Source of the DNA: Utricularia gibba
Lineage: Eukaryota > Plantae > Magnoliophyta
Length of the DNA: 64,000 nt
Direction of reading: 5' to 3'
Assembly: GCA_002189035.1 (NCBI GenBank)
Contig: NEEC01000002.1
Span: forward strand, 5,890,001 to 5,954,000
The position numbers were made by a program, and so were the translations under genes. Under the pieces are notes generated by a model. It worked only from the letters and a program-made list of their open reading frames with translations. It did not search any database and was not told the origin of the DNA. Positions 47,508 to 60,292 of this stretch are shown piece by piece (within the stretch, counting starts at the first letter, position 1; each line of letters starts with the position of its first letter).

Positions 47508-49415
47508 ATGGAATCCGGCGATTCGCCAACGGGAAGGAGTCTCGTTAAATCTTGCAGGAAGTGCGGGTGTAGCTGCTCTTTGATAAACAGATCACTTTCT
47601 GGAACTAATCTGCGCTCAGTTAAGCGCAAAGTTGATGAGTCAAATGAAGAAAGCCAGTTCACTGTTCCAGGATTACTTGTACCTCAGAATGCTCGCGTTG
47701 AGGCTGAAAACGAATGTAGGGTGTTGCGAGAAATGGTTGGCAGCCAGCAGTTTACGATTCAGGAACTCGTTACAGAGTTGGACGAGGAGAGAAATGCATC
47801 AGCTTCAGCTGCAGATGAGGCCATGTCCATGATTCTGAGGCTTCAGAGGGAGAAGGCAGAGGTTCAGATGGAGGCAAGGCAATTTAGACGGTTTGCAGAG
47901 GAGAAAATGGCACACGATCAACAAGAGATAACGGCCCTTGAAGACTTGCTGCATAAGAGGGAGCAGGCCATCCAGTCCCTCAGCTCTGAAGTTCATGTGT
48001 ATAAGCATCGCATGATCAGTTATGGTATCTCGGATGTGGAGGTGGATGGAAATTGCATAGAAAAAGTCATAAGCCGAACCACCAGTATGTGTGAAAACCT
48101 TGGAGGACAGCTTGAATTTCCACAGGAGATGTACCCTCGTCTAAAGTGCATTGCAAATGAATCCCTGCTTTCCAATGATGATGAGGATGAAGATGATGGT
48201 GTTGAAAAATATGCAGATAGCCCATATTCACGGGATCAATTGAAGGACTTGGAGTTTCGAATCAATCAGCTTGAGCAAAGTCCCAAGTCATGTCATCCTA
48301 AGAATGAACAATTCAGCACAAGGAGTGTACATGATAAGGTAGTAACTGGTCGAACTCCGAAGCAGAGGCATTCGAGGAGGTTCTCTTACGACGGCTTACA
48401 CTCACCGTGTGGAACGCTTCAAGAGATGAGGCCTGAGATTCATTCTGATTCTCCAAAGTTGGGTGGCAGTTTAAGGAAGAGAGAGCTCTTCCCCTCTTGT
48501 GTGAAAAAGATGGATAGTGCATCAGAAGGTGACGATGACATGAGTGATAGAGTTTACACTATTGATTCCATTCATCAAAGAGCTTCAAGTGATGGTGCCA
48601 TGAATCTCAAGACTTCTATTGGCATCTCTAGCGACGATTTCTTGATATCCCCTAAGGACACTGATGACAATGACTTAGAGATCCAGAAGCTGTATGCAAG
48701 GCTACATGCTCTTGAAGCCGACAGGGAAACAATGAGGCAGGAGATTATCTCAATGGGGACTGATAAAGCACAGCTTGTACTTTTGAAGGAAATAGCCCAG
48801 AACTTGTGCAAAGACATGTCTGCTTCTGTAGGTGTGCATCAAACCCATAACCCAACCGTCAAAAGAAAGAGTTCATCAATACCAATGTTCAAGGTAATGA
48901 TGCTTTTCCAATTACTACCATGATTCATTTTCAGCTTCATGATCTTCAAGAGGATCTCTACGTATACTGCAATATGAACAGAATATGCATTCTTTACATG
49001 CTACACAACTTTGGTTTCCTTGCTTCATCCTCTAAGCCCTGACATCGTGCTTCTTATTTTTCAGTGGATTTCTTCTCTCGTTCAGTGGAAAAATAAAGCA
49101 GGCAGATACAGGTATGTAACAATGTCATCCTCAACCAATCCATGGCTTTTCAAAAACAGGCAGGAGTATTACAATGACCAGTCGAGCGAAGTTTTTCTTC
49201 TTCATGGTCACATTTTGAACACCAGAGTGATCTTCTCATTGCATAAGAGAGTTTATGTTAGTTATCAGGGGTGCTGACTAGTGAAGCTGCTCTTCATCAT
49301 CTTCATCTTGTTCTTCTCTCAGGCACATGGCTGGAGTATCAGAAAACGGTGAAGGCCTACTGATGCTACTGAATCGAAGCTCATGGTCCTCGAGGTTGGT
49401 TTCACGCACAAGTAA
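47508..49415 (+). CDS. Myosin-binding protein (DUF593/GTD-binding), MyoB7-like; last exon has an apparent 1-bp frameshift
   Basis: DUF593 core ELDEERNASASAADEAMSMILRLQREKAEVQMEARQF.RFAEEKMAHD, LYARLHALEADRETMRQ..DKAQLVLLKEIAQNL. Exon 2 WISSLVQWKNK. Exon 3 as written stops at 49362; the -1 frame gives GLLMLLNR and stops at 49415. Confidence 0.85.
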
Positions 49416-50077
49416 CACTCTGAAACCCCATTGATGCATTCTTCAAGAAGATGTGTTGCATCCGGGCTTGTAAAGAATCCCACTGAGTTGTAACTATTCT
49501 GCATCGTATGGCATATACACCCTTACACACTTGTGAGGTATTGAGGAATTTTAGGCCTCTTGACTGTGCGGTTGCTTATCAAATTCTTAGGATAAAAATT
49601 ATATTAAAATCAAGGTAAATATGATTGAATTATAATTGAATCAATTCAATTCTTTTTTATTTTTTTATAAAACTTATATACTTAAAAAATAAGTATATGA
49701 ATGGTATAGATATATAAGGTTTATATATATATATATGTTAATTAATTAAATAGTAATTTATGTGTAAATTTTAATATAAGTATTCTATAGTATAGTATCA
49801 AATATCTTCTGATTAATCTATAGTAAATATTATGAATTATTTATGATTTTTTAAGATTTTATTGTATTGATATAGTTATGGATTTTCTGATTATTTTATC
49901 AATAGATTTAATATAATATTTAATTGGATTAAATATGATGAAATGATTTTTAATAGTTCCGTTGAAATAAATTTTAATTTCTGCGGATAATTTTATTTTT
50001 TCAAAGAAGCGAGGCAGGTCTTATCAGACTTCGAAGTCACAAACCCTCAGCCGCCGACTCCCGGCGGTTGGGTGCCG

Positions 50078-51923
50078 ATGTTGGGATGCAGGCACATGTT
50101 GCTCAAGAACAGAGTAAGTAAGCGAAAGAAATCGAGGAAGATCATTTCCCATGAGCGGAATTCAGTTGCCAAAAAACCGAAATTTGGAGCCGGGGATCAG
50201 TTAGCATATGCGGCGGAGGAAGCCCCTGTGTCTGTAAATGACGGCAACTGTGATGGAGAAGATGGCGATTTCAGCCTGAAAGGCTCAGCTCCTTCACACT
50301 CGCACGGAGTTCAGCCTTTGGGAAATCTTTATTTCAGCAACTCATCTTTGAATTCGAGAGATGCAGGCCTCGGAAATATGAAAAACCTATCTGACGAGCT
50401 TGTTATTGACATTATTGGGCTTTTGGGTGTCAAGGATCTTGGGATTCTGTCAGCTGTAAGCAAGTCTTTATACGTTTTCTGTTGCCATGAGCCTCTTTGG
50501 AGGAATCTTGTACTGTTGACTTGTACAAATGGGTTCTTGTATACTGGTTCTTGGAAAAATACGTGTTTAGTGGCTAATAAACTTTCATGTAGTAATGGGG
50601 CTTGCGGAATTAAAGTTAGGGACTTCTACTCCGATTACTTGTTCCAGAGCTGGCTTTGTGCGAACCTTGAAATGAGAAATGAGTGGCTTGAGAGGGATAA
50701 CATTGTGAGGAGAAGGGGTATCTCTGTCAAAGAGTTTATCTCAGAATTTGAGGAGTTGAATAAGCCAGTGTTGTTGGAAGGTTGCCTGGATGCTTGGCCC
50801 GCTATGAAGAAATGGGATAGGGATTATCTAGTTCATGTTTCTGGGGATGTTCAGTTCTCTGTTGGCCCTGTTGAGATGAAGCTTGATGAGTATTTCAGGT
50901 ACGCTGATCAAGTCAAGGAGGAAAGACCATTGTATCTTTTCGATGCAAAGTTTGCTGAAAAAGTTCCCCAATTGGGTATGGATTATGAAATTCCCAAGTA
51001 TTTCGATGAGGATCTTTTCCATATTTTAGGCGATGAACGGCCAGATTACAGATGGATCATCATTGGACCAGCAGGCTCTGGATCATCTTTCCACATTGAT
51101 CCTAATTCTACTTCCGCTTGGAATGCAGTGATCAGAGGATCCAAGAAGTGGATACTGTTCCCTCCCGATGTGGTTCCACCAGGGGTACGTCCCAGCCCTG
51201 ATGGTTCCGAGGTTGCTTCTCCCGTGTCTATAAACGAGTGGTTCATGAACTTCTACAATGCTACTAGAAAATGGGAAAAGCGACCCATTGAGTGCGTTTG
51301 CAGAGCCGGAGAAATCATCTTCGTTCCCAACGGTTGGTGGCATTTGGTTGTCAACCTCGAAGATTCAGTTGCCATCACACAAAATTTTGTTAGCAGGTAT
51401 ATATACTCTCTCCATTACCTCAATCCAATGTCACGTTTTTCATTACAGTAGCTTGCTATCCAGAAAGTACCAATCTTTTTTCTGCACAAAACATTGTCAA
51501 ATAGTAGAATTCATCATCATCATAGACCTTGCCGGTTACCTTTCGCCTCTATCGATTTTGATATGAAACTTGAACGTCTGATCACTGGTGTATGCCTTCA
51601 GTTTCTATAGCAACATCCCATCTTCTGTAATGTTTTTGCAAAGTAGAGAATACCGAACTTGGGGTGCATTTTCTTGTTGCAGGAGGAACTTACTCAACGT
51701 CTTGGAGTTCCTTGAGAGGCCGAACGCAGACATCCTAGTTTCCGGTACAAGGGACAGAGAGAATCTGCACACGAAGTTTAAAAACGCCATTGAGGAATCA
51801 ATGCCTGGAATTTTGGATGAGCTGAGATTCAAACAGGAAGAGAAGAAGAACCAGGCGAAGAAGCTTTCTTGGTGGGAGTCTGCAGTCGATTCCAACGTCG
51901 GGGCCTTCAAGTTTTGTTTCTAG
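50078..51923 (+). CDS. JMJ22: F-box plus JmjC (JMJD6-type) protein, JMJ22-like (2 exons: 50078-51396, 51683-51923)
   Basis: F-box LSDELVIDIIGLL..LSAVSKSLY..HEPLWR. JmjC EERPLYLFD, RPDYRWIIIGPAGSGSSFHIDPNSTSAWN, GEIIFVPNGWWHLVVNL with HxD...H ligands intact. Confidence 0.92.
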
Positions 51924-52843
51924 AAGAAGCCCAAGGTTTCCGATTCTTGCTTCCGTAGCATTTCAACGTCTCCGTTGTTGCCATGCACCTTTTTCCTTTT
52001 CCACCCAACTTGTTCTCTGCGCTTTCCACCTACCTCCATCCTTACCTTTGCTTCCTTGTGCATAAAAGCTCATTCTTTTTCTGGAAAATTAGAAACATTA
52101 TTGTAATTAAAAAGATAGTGAACCCTAAAAATCAGGAATTTACTAATTCATACATGTTAGATTTGTTAATTATTCTAAGATTTTTAATTTATCACTTTTT
52201 TATTTATATCTATAAAATACATTTTCATTATAATTATATTATTAATGAATATAAAAGCTATGATGGTAAATATCTCCAGACGTTCATCGAGGTATCTCCA
52301 CGTGTCACATCACGGGAATTTATTATGCTCGATACTTTCCAGGGAGAACCCGAACAGCGCATCCGCCGGCTCGGCGAGCTGTCTCCATTCCGACGTGGAC
52401 AAGCCATCTGTTTTCACGCCGTCGTCGCCCGCGTTTTGCTCGGCTCGGCTCGCGTTGAACTTTCGTTTTTTTCTCTAATAAATTAATAGACGTTTAATTA
52501 ATAAAAAAAATCCATATTTGCATGGGAAACAAACAAATAAAAATGATTTAATAAAAATACGTGAGAAAATTAATGAAAAATTACAGTAAATGGGTTTAAA
52601 ATGAATTTTAAAGTAGAAAAAAAAACAATTTGGTTATTATTTATATACTTTTAGCAAAATAATAATAATAAAGTTAATAATGAAGGTGATATTATTTGCT
52701 TTTATTCGGTAGGTTCGCTTCTGTAGAAGAAGACATGGGATTCAGAGCATTTCCGTGGGTAGCAGCCGCGTGAAGTTCAGAACTGCGCCGATTCACACAC
52801 TTTCTCATTCTACTGTGTGGCTGCTGCATCTTCTACAAGCGTC

Positions 52844-54981
52844 ATGGATTACCAGATCTGTGGCGGAGCTAAGCTTCTGTTCTTCCGTGTCTTCGTAATC
52901 CTTGCCGTTGGGTTCACTGCATTCAGTGAGGAGACGCCTTCCGCGGCCGCACCTCAGATCAATTCCAATTCCGTTCTCGTTGCGCTCTTGGATTCACAAT
53001 ATACGGAGCTGTCGGAGATGGTGGAGAAAGCGCTTTTGTTGCAGACGCTGGAGGAGGCGGTTACCAAGCACAATATCACTATTTTTGCACCGAGGAACGA
53101 GGCGTTGGAGAGGGACTTGGATCCTGAGTTTAAGCGGTTTTTGAGTGAGCCTCGGAATCTGAAATCGCTTCAGAATTTGCTACTTTTTCATATGATTCCG
53201 TCGCGAATTGAGGTGGGGAAATGGCCGGCGACAGTTAATGGGAAACCTGCTCGTCACACGAGTCTTTGCCGCGATGGGAATGAGGAGAGGATTCGATTGC
53301 AGGAGAAAAATGGGGAGAAAATGGTTGGACTCGCGAAAGTTGTCAAATCGGATGATGTTGTCCGACCAGACGGAATCATCCACGGCATTGAGAGGCTACT
53401 GGTGCCGAAATCTGTTCAACAGGAGTTCAATGCTCGGCGGAGCTTGAGTACCACGGCCGCCGTAATTCCTGAGGGAGCACCCGAAGTTGACCCGAGGACA
53501 CACCGCTTGAAGAAACCCGCACCGGCGGTTCCCGCAGGCGCTCCTCCGATTCTACCAATATTCGACGCTATGGCCCCCGGTCCCTCCATCGCTCCGGCGT
53601 CGGCGCCGGCACCCGGAGGTCCACACGGTCACTTCGATGGCGAAAGTCAAGTCAAGGATTTCATCAAAACGCTCCTGCATTACGGCGGATACAACGAACT
53701 CGCGGATATTCTGGTGAACCTGACGTCGTTGGCTTCTGAAATGGGGAGACTGGTTTCCGAAGGATATGTGCTCACCGTTCTAGCTCCAAACGACGAAGCC
53801 ATGGCAAAATTGTCTACAGAGCAGTTAAGCGAGCCTGGTGCTCCAGAGCAAATAGTGTATTATCATCTGATCCCAGAGTACCAAACAGAAGAAAGTATGT
53901 ACAACGCGGTGAGAAGATTTGGGAAGGTGAAATACGACACTCTGAGATTGCCCCACAAAGTGGTGGCGGAGGAAGCCGATGGATCGGTGAAATTCGGGCA
54001 GAATGAAGGCTCCGCTTATCTTTTCGACCCAGATATATACACCGACGGCAGAATCTCCGTCCAGGGGATCGACGGCGTCCTGTTTCCCCCAGAGGAAACC
54101 ACCGCCGTTAGACCCGCACCAATTGTGACGAAAGTCGTTTCCAAGCCCAGAAGAGGTACCCCATTAACTTTTTTCGTTCTGCAATTACTTCGATTGTTTT
54201 CCGCCAGTGGGAGATCCATTCTCCGGCGACTATCCGCCGGAATCTTTATTCCGCCAGGGTTGTCGGTGGGGATAAATTTATTGATTTTCTTTATAATTTG
54301 GGTGTTACAGCTGTCAGTTATCAGATTCGCAGTCTTCAGTTTCTTCATTTTATTTTGTTGAGCACACGTTTTCTTTGAGGTGGGGTGGGGTGTGTTAATA
54401 AGGAATGGATGGAACCCTGTAGCCACCTGTGAAACCTCCTCACCCATGCACACTACCCGGTCTGAATAAACAGCACACACCACAATTTTTGCGATTGAGG
54501 AAAGTGTCTTCTCCTTGGCACAGTTGATGAGTTCCATTAGTGAATCGGGTTTCGCTTCGATGCTCGGAGTAATACGAGTTTCGGATACTGATATAAGAGT
54601 TAGTTTTCTGGAAGCAGTTTGTGTATTGTCATTGTCCATGTGATGATAATTGTGCCTAATAATAGGGCAGTCCGGGGTAATAGGGGTGCTTGGTTTTATA
54701 TCTCTTAGAAGTTGTAGTGTTGACATTTTGCGCACAAAGAACAGAGAATGGAGTTTGAGAAAATTATAAGTCTTCTTAAATATGGAACTGTCACTGCTTT
54801 CAACTTCTGGGATTTTAGCTCTAGTGTCTCCTCTCATCTTTCTGTCGACGATTGGTTGTAAACTAGTGAAACATGGGAAAAATCGACTTTAATCAACGAT
54901 TTTGCAGGGAAGCTGATGGAAGTTGCTTGTAGTATGCTGGGAGCTTTTGGTCAGGCGTCCAGTTTCTCCGGTTGCAGTTGA
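52844..54981 (+). CDS. Fasciclin-like arabinogalactan protein, FLA15-18 group (two FAS1 domains; exons 52844-54155 and 54908-54981)
   Basis: Signal peptide, INSNSVLVALLDSQYTELSE, ITIFAPRNEAL, HGIERLLVP, PAPAP linker, LTVLAPNDEAM, VQGIDGVLFP, KPRR|GKLMEVACSMLG. Confidence 0.93.
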
Positions 54982-55248
54982 AGTGAAGATGCAAAATAGA
55001 ATTCCAAGTAATGCGAGCTTCTTTTACTGCAAAACTGTAATTATGTTCAACCATTTTTTTCTACAGTTTATTCCACTCAAGTAAATAATCTTCTTCTGCT
55101 TTATTGGGAAAGCATATCTTCATTGTTCTGATTTTTTTCCCTAGCATGTTCACCACTCAGTTTAAAGTTCACGAATTTTCCGTCAATATATGAGGTTTAC
55201 ACTTGGAAAGAATGGTAATTACACTGTGAAAGAACCCTCAGCGAGGCC

Positions 55249-57629
55249 TTATATGCTTTGAGCTAAATCTTGATGAATCCTGTACCGAAATGATGATGTC
55301 TGGTCGATCCAGTATACGTACTTTTCGAGCCGTCCGGACTTCTGTAGTCTCCTGATCATTTTTCTTTGAACTGCGGTGAGGCTGCTGCTTACAACGTCAA
55401 CAACCTCAGCTGTGCTGAGGGACATGTCCTTGGCATAAAGGCGTAAGGTCTTGGGAAGATACAGTTTGTTCTGATCCTGAATGTAGACACTGGACTGGAT
55501 GAACACTTCCTTGGCAGCTTTGAGATCCTCAAATATGGTTTTCGCAGAGTAAACTCGAACCTGCACATTATGTTTGATTGATCTGAATGATATCAGAATG
55601 TCACTTGCCTGAGAATGTATAGAAGAGTTATGCTTAGAAGTTAACCGCAGGGTCAGTGGATGCGCCTGAGGAAAGGGCAAAATGAACGAGCGGTTCCGGA
55701 TGGTCGATAGCATAGGGATGATTAGAGTTCTGCGTCGTGAGCTTCTTTCCTGGAGACAGGAGCGCCTGAAACCACTGCATTGGTGCGAAGGTGAGGTATA
55801 AGAGGACAGTGAACCGGAAAAAAGAAACATAGCAACTCATTAGACCATGATCTGGCATGATTGGGAAGCAGTGTTCATCTTCTCATTCTCAGTGTATCAG
55901 TGCAGTGGCATCCAAGATTTTCAAAACCAGTTCTGATTTCTCATATTCCGGCAGAGATTAAGAAGAACAAAGATACCTGTGCTGATGAGTGAACTCTGAT
56001 TCTCAGTACACAACCCTGTATGTCTAAAGCATTTAAGCAGATTCCTCCAACATTGTAAGAAGCCTATACGCAAACAAAATGAGGAGCTCTGGATTAGTCT
56101 TCAAGTTTCTCGACAGATTCCACAGAAGAATCCACAAAATCTGAAGAAATAGAATCTTCTATTGCTGTCAAAGAGCATAGCCATCAAAGGGAACAAATCT
56201 TAGTATGTTGCCTTCTACCTTCGTGACTGAGTTGCTTCTCATGTATGTGCTAGTCCCATAAGCTAAATACCCCTGTGGAGAACCACAGAAAAAGCTCACA
56301 CTCAAGATCAGGAGTTGCAGCAAGAAAAGGTACAAGGCATACATGCATCACCAATGCGTTGTGGATATTAATCCAAAACGCAAGCTTCTCCTCACGGCTC
56401 ATCTTCTTTGGATCAATGATCTCAAGACCCTTTACCAGCGACCTGCATATATAACCGACAGCTTTGTATATGTTGGTTGGTGTATCTTTGTACAAAAAGT
56501 GCTAGAAGAAGAGTGACCTGAACTTGTGAAGCATCTTGGCAGCAAACTCATAGCTTTCCTTGTCCAACGATATCCTTGACACTTCCAACATTGAAGTGTA
56601 TGGCACTTTTTCTCGTGTTAGAGCAGCAGTTTCATCAGCCTGCGGACTCCAACTGCTTCTAGGGGAAAACATGTCAGAGGAGCATCGCGAGAAATCAGAA
56701 GATGCTGAATGGTTGTTCCGAGATTCCACCGGATTGGACAGTTTGCAGTAGACTGAAGCTATGCATCTTATAATCTCCTCTGATAGTTTATCAGGACACA
56801 GAAGAGTATTAGGATTCCCAAGATGATGCGCTAGGCTCACACGCCGAGCATGGCCACCCCTTTTCTCCTGCTGCAACCAGTCCAAATGAAATCCATTGCA
56901 GATATTTATCATCATGAACTGAACTTGAAACTCATATTGCTGTTCAAATGCTTGCTTAATTACACTAACCTGTTCCCTAGTTGGGTCTGAAGCAGCATCA
57001 GGAGATGCATCCGTTTTATCAGCAAAAGAATCTGTGCTATTTACTTGACAAGTATCATCCCCATCTGATATCTCTGATTTCCCTTTGTCAAGCGAATGAA
57101 CACTAGAGAGCCTTGGAGGGATCTCTCCTGCATCATCTGAAAAGTGCTGTTGAAAAGCTTTCCTGTAGAGAGAAAGCAAGTGTCTTTCTAAATGTATTAT
57201 CTCGTCTTCCAGGGTAGCAATCTCTTCCAGCAGTTTCACAGACGGCTACAGAAAAAAAAAAGGCAAAAGTAAGCAAAGTGAATGGGATATATGCACACAG
57301 ATAGAAAGCAGCTTCAAAAATCAGTGTGGGAATCCATGGATTCTGGGAAACAGAATATAATATCAAGATAATCAATCTGGGCATTTAACAACTGTTCAAG
57401 ATCAGATATGCATCCATTTCCAAACTCAAAACAACATACATACAGAAAAAAGCAAACAGCAAGAAGGAATATGCAAAGATCACAATCATGTGCAGGTGCA
57501 TACATGAATCAAGCTGAGGGGAAGACTTGGAGCATTGTTAAGAACGCTATGATCCTCTGTCACCTCACTGCTGTGAATAGAAGTAGAACCACCAGAAGAA
57601 GAAAAGGAGGAGCTCTCCAATCTATCCAT
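55249..57629 (-). CDS. DUF547 protein with N-terminal MIP1-type leucine zipper; start approximate
   Basis: LLEEIATLEDEIIHLERHLLSLYRKAF, PDKLSEEIIRCIASVYCKLS, EEKLAFWINIHNALVMH, YAIDHPEPLVHFALSSGASTDPAVRVYSA, SSFRYRI. Putative first exon MDRLESSS.. at 57629. Confidence 0.85.
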
Positions 57630-58443
57630 TGCGTTTCGATTCAGAATCCCAGACACAAAAACTCAAACATACACTTAGCTTATAGCCCAATCATCATAAC
57701 GAGCTCACAGCTGCTGCAAAATGCAAAACCCAGGAAGCAAATCATGGAACAGAAGCATAAGGGATTAGCTACGCCAAAAAATACCAAGAAAAAAATTGAC
57801 AGGAATGGGATCGAAGTTCATAGCCAATAAGGGGTGGGTGACAACTGCAAGAAGCATCAAATGCAGAAAAACCAGATGTTGGGGCAGGTGGCCGGGACAT
57901 AAATGATGAGAGTTCGGTGTACAGAATTATTCGGCATTTAAATATAGATTTTGCATAATAATTTCACTTGGGTGGGAGGGAAATCGACATCAATGGTGAT
58001 GATCCACCGGAGGACCGGTACAAATCATTCTGGTGACGAAAATGTGTAGTCTGGCCACAAGACACAAATAGTGAGAGTTGACAGTTTATCTTGATATTGC
58101 TCATGTTTTCTTACAAATGGCCGACATCATTGGGATTCAAGGATCTAGAGATTCAACTTCCTATTGCAATGATCACAAATACAGACTTTAGTGAAAGAAC
58201 ACATCCCCATGCATGGTTATTGGACTACATGATTATTATTATGTAGATTCTCAGATTGAAAATGATGGTTTATTCCAAATGCAGAGTCTTGGCAGCAACA
58301 TGTCAGTAGGCAGTGCAGGATCCCCTGCCGACAGTGGCTCATCTTCATCAACACCCAACATGAACTAATTACGCTGACAGCAAATTCAAGATACAGCACT
58401 CAATACTTTTCTAAATGAACAAGCAACACCCCTAAATCCTTCC

Positions 58444-59905
58444 TTAAAACTGGGTAATAAGTAAAGCATCTCTATCTTGTATTGAATCGTCATCACCAGA
58501 TGCTCTGAACATCTCATAATCTATGTATAACACAAGGGACTCATTTCCATTCCTATGTTGTTGATTAAGTAACTGCAATGTTGAATTCTTGACAACATCA
58601 TCACATTTATTCAAATGGATTGAAACCATGGTTGAGATATCTCCAATGCTGCATGGAACCTCAAAATCTGTTATGAACTCCAGCACTATCTTCTCAAGAT
58701 TAGGGAAGTGATCGCTTTCTACACTCTTGAACTTGATTTGGGAATTAACTAACACCAATAGTTTTAGCCGAATAAACTGTCCTATCACAAAAATCCATTC
58801 ATATTCACCATCACTGTGTTCTAGCTTGAGGATTTCAAGATTTGGCAAAGAACCAATTGCTTCCATACACTCCCTAGATATCCAAGAATGCGTCAAACTT
58901 AACTCTTCAAGTGAGCTTGGATAGGAGATGCTCCACCGCCCATATCCTTCGAAACCGATCAACTTCAGTGATTGAAGTTGGCTAAAGCCTACAAGGTAAG
59001 GCATTAGGTAATAAATCTATAATTACATTGCTGGGAAGGATAACTCCAGGTTCATTAGATTTGGCATAAGCTCAAAAACCTCTCCTCTTGGACTTCTTAT
59101 CCCATTAAAAGCCAATGTATGTAGTTTGTTCAATATGATGGAGTTCTTCCGTCTTAGAGGCCAAAAAATACCTTTGACAGCTAGAACTCTCAGCTGCTGC
59201 ATTTCCCAAATCTCAGGTGGGAGAATTGAGTAAGTCACTCGAGACACAGACTCTATCCGAAGAACTTGTAGGTTCCAGAGAAAAAATATTGGTAACGGAA
59301 ATACAAATCCGTTTGAGTTCCTATGCCATCTATAGGGGAAAGATATAAGCCTTGTTGTCGTAGGGAACACACATTGGTTTTGTCCGGACATTGAAAAATT
59401 CATAAATTTCAAATCTCCAAGATAAGGATACCCCATCTTACAACTTTTGCAAACTTCGATCTGTGACATGGCCTTTAGAGGGAACACCAATGAAATATCC
59501 ATCCTTTCAACCATTGACATCCCTAAACCACATTTGCAACAACCTTCTCTGAATGGATTCAAGTTTTTGAATCACTGATTCATCCTTTCAACCTGGAATT
59601 GAATCTAGCATTTCAGCTGAATGAAGCCCATAACTTTTTTCACGAAGTTGACCTACAATCTCTGCATCTACGAGGAGTTCAGCTTCCACACCAATAACTT
59701 CAACATCTCGAGTCAAATCCTTCATTTTGGAAGTCATCGATTGATGGGGCAGTGCTTCAAGAAGATGCAGAGAGAATTGTACCTTGTTTCGAAGATCGTA
59801 AACATCTTGTTTTTCGAAGATGATTCTTCCATTGGCATGGAGTCGTTGGAAATGATCAAGAGATTGCTCCAAGTTAAGAAGAGATACATAAGCCGCTACA
59901 GCCAT
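58444..59905 (-). pseudogene. NLR (R1B-like CC-LRR) pseudogene lacking the NB-ARC domain
   Basis: CC-like start MAVAAYVSLLNLEQSLDH.. with a stop at 59588. LRR tail LWNLQVLRI..LPPEIWEMQQLRVL, YPSSLEELSLTHS..MEAIGSLPNLEILKL..FIRLKLL..SDHFPNLEKIVL. Two in-frame stops at 59017-59025. No P-loop, kinase-2, GLPL or MHD motif seen. Confidence 0.8.
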
Positions 59906-60292
59906 GACCGATATCTCGCGAAACGAAAGAGCTTAAGAACCAGGATCTCTTGTTTGCTTCATGCACTCCTCAGCAGAACTGAGAAAGAGAGTTGCATCGA
60001 AGATGATCGGAAGGAAGGTGTCGGAAGAGTTTGTGCAAAAGTCACCACATTGATAATTCCACCTTCAGAATATGTATATATTACAAAGGGCTTAGAGCGG
60101 TTTCAGAATCGACATAGACCAGTGATGGCGGCGGCAATCGAGGTTTTTTGCGTTGTTGAAAAATGGTAACTAATGATTTCCCAAAGTATTTGTGCTAGCA
60201 GTTGGCCTTGGCGAGGCTCTCTGATGAACAAAACCCTAGAGACGAGTTGTAAAGTTATGGTGGGAAGGTGTGTACTTTCTCCTGATTCGCCA

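Noticed and set aside
59422-59431. GTATCCTTAT, a U12-like donor on the minus strand in the NLR relic
   Set aside because: Falls inside an open reading frame (MGYPY) and I found no matching branch site or acceptor; likely chance.
59621-60169. 182-aa plus-strand ORF
   Set aside because: Mostly antisense to the NLR CC region, low-information sequence, no motif.
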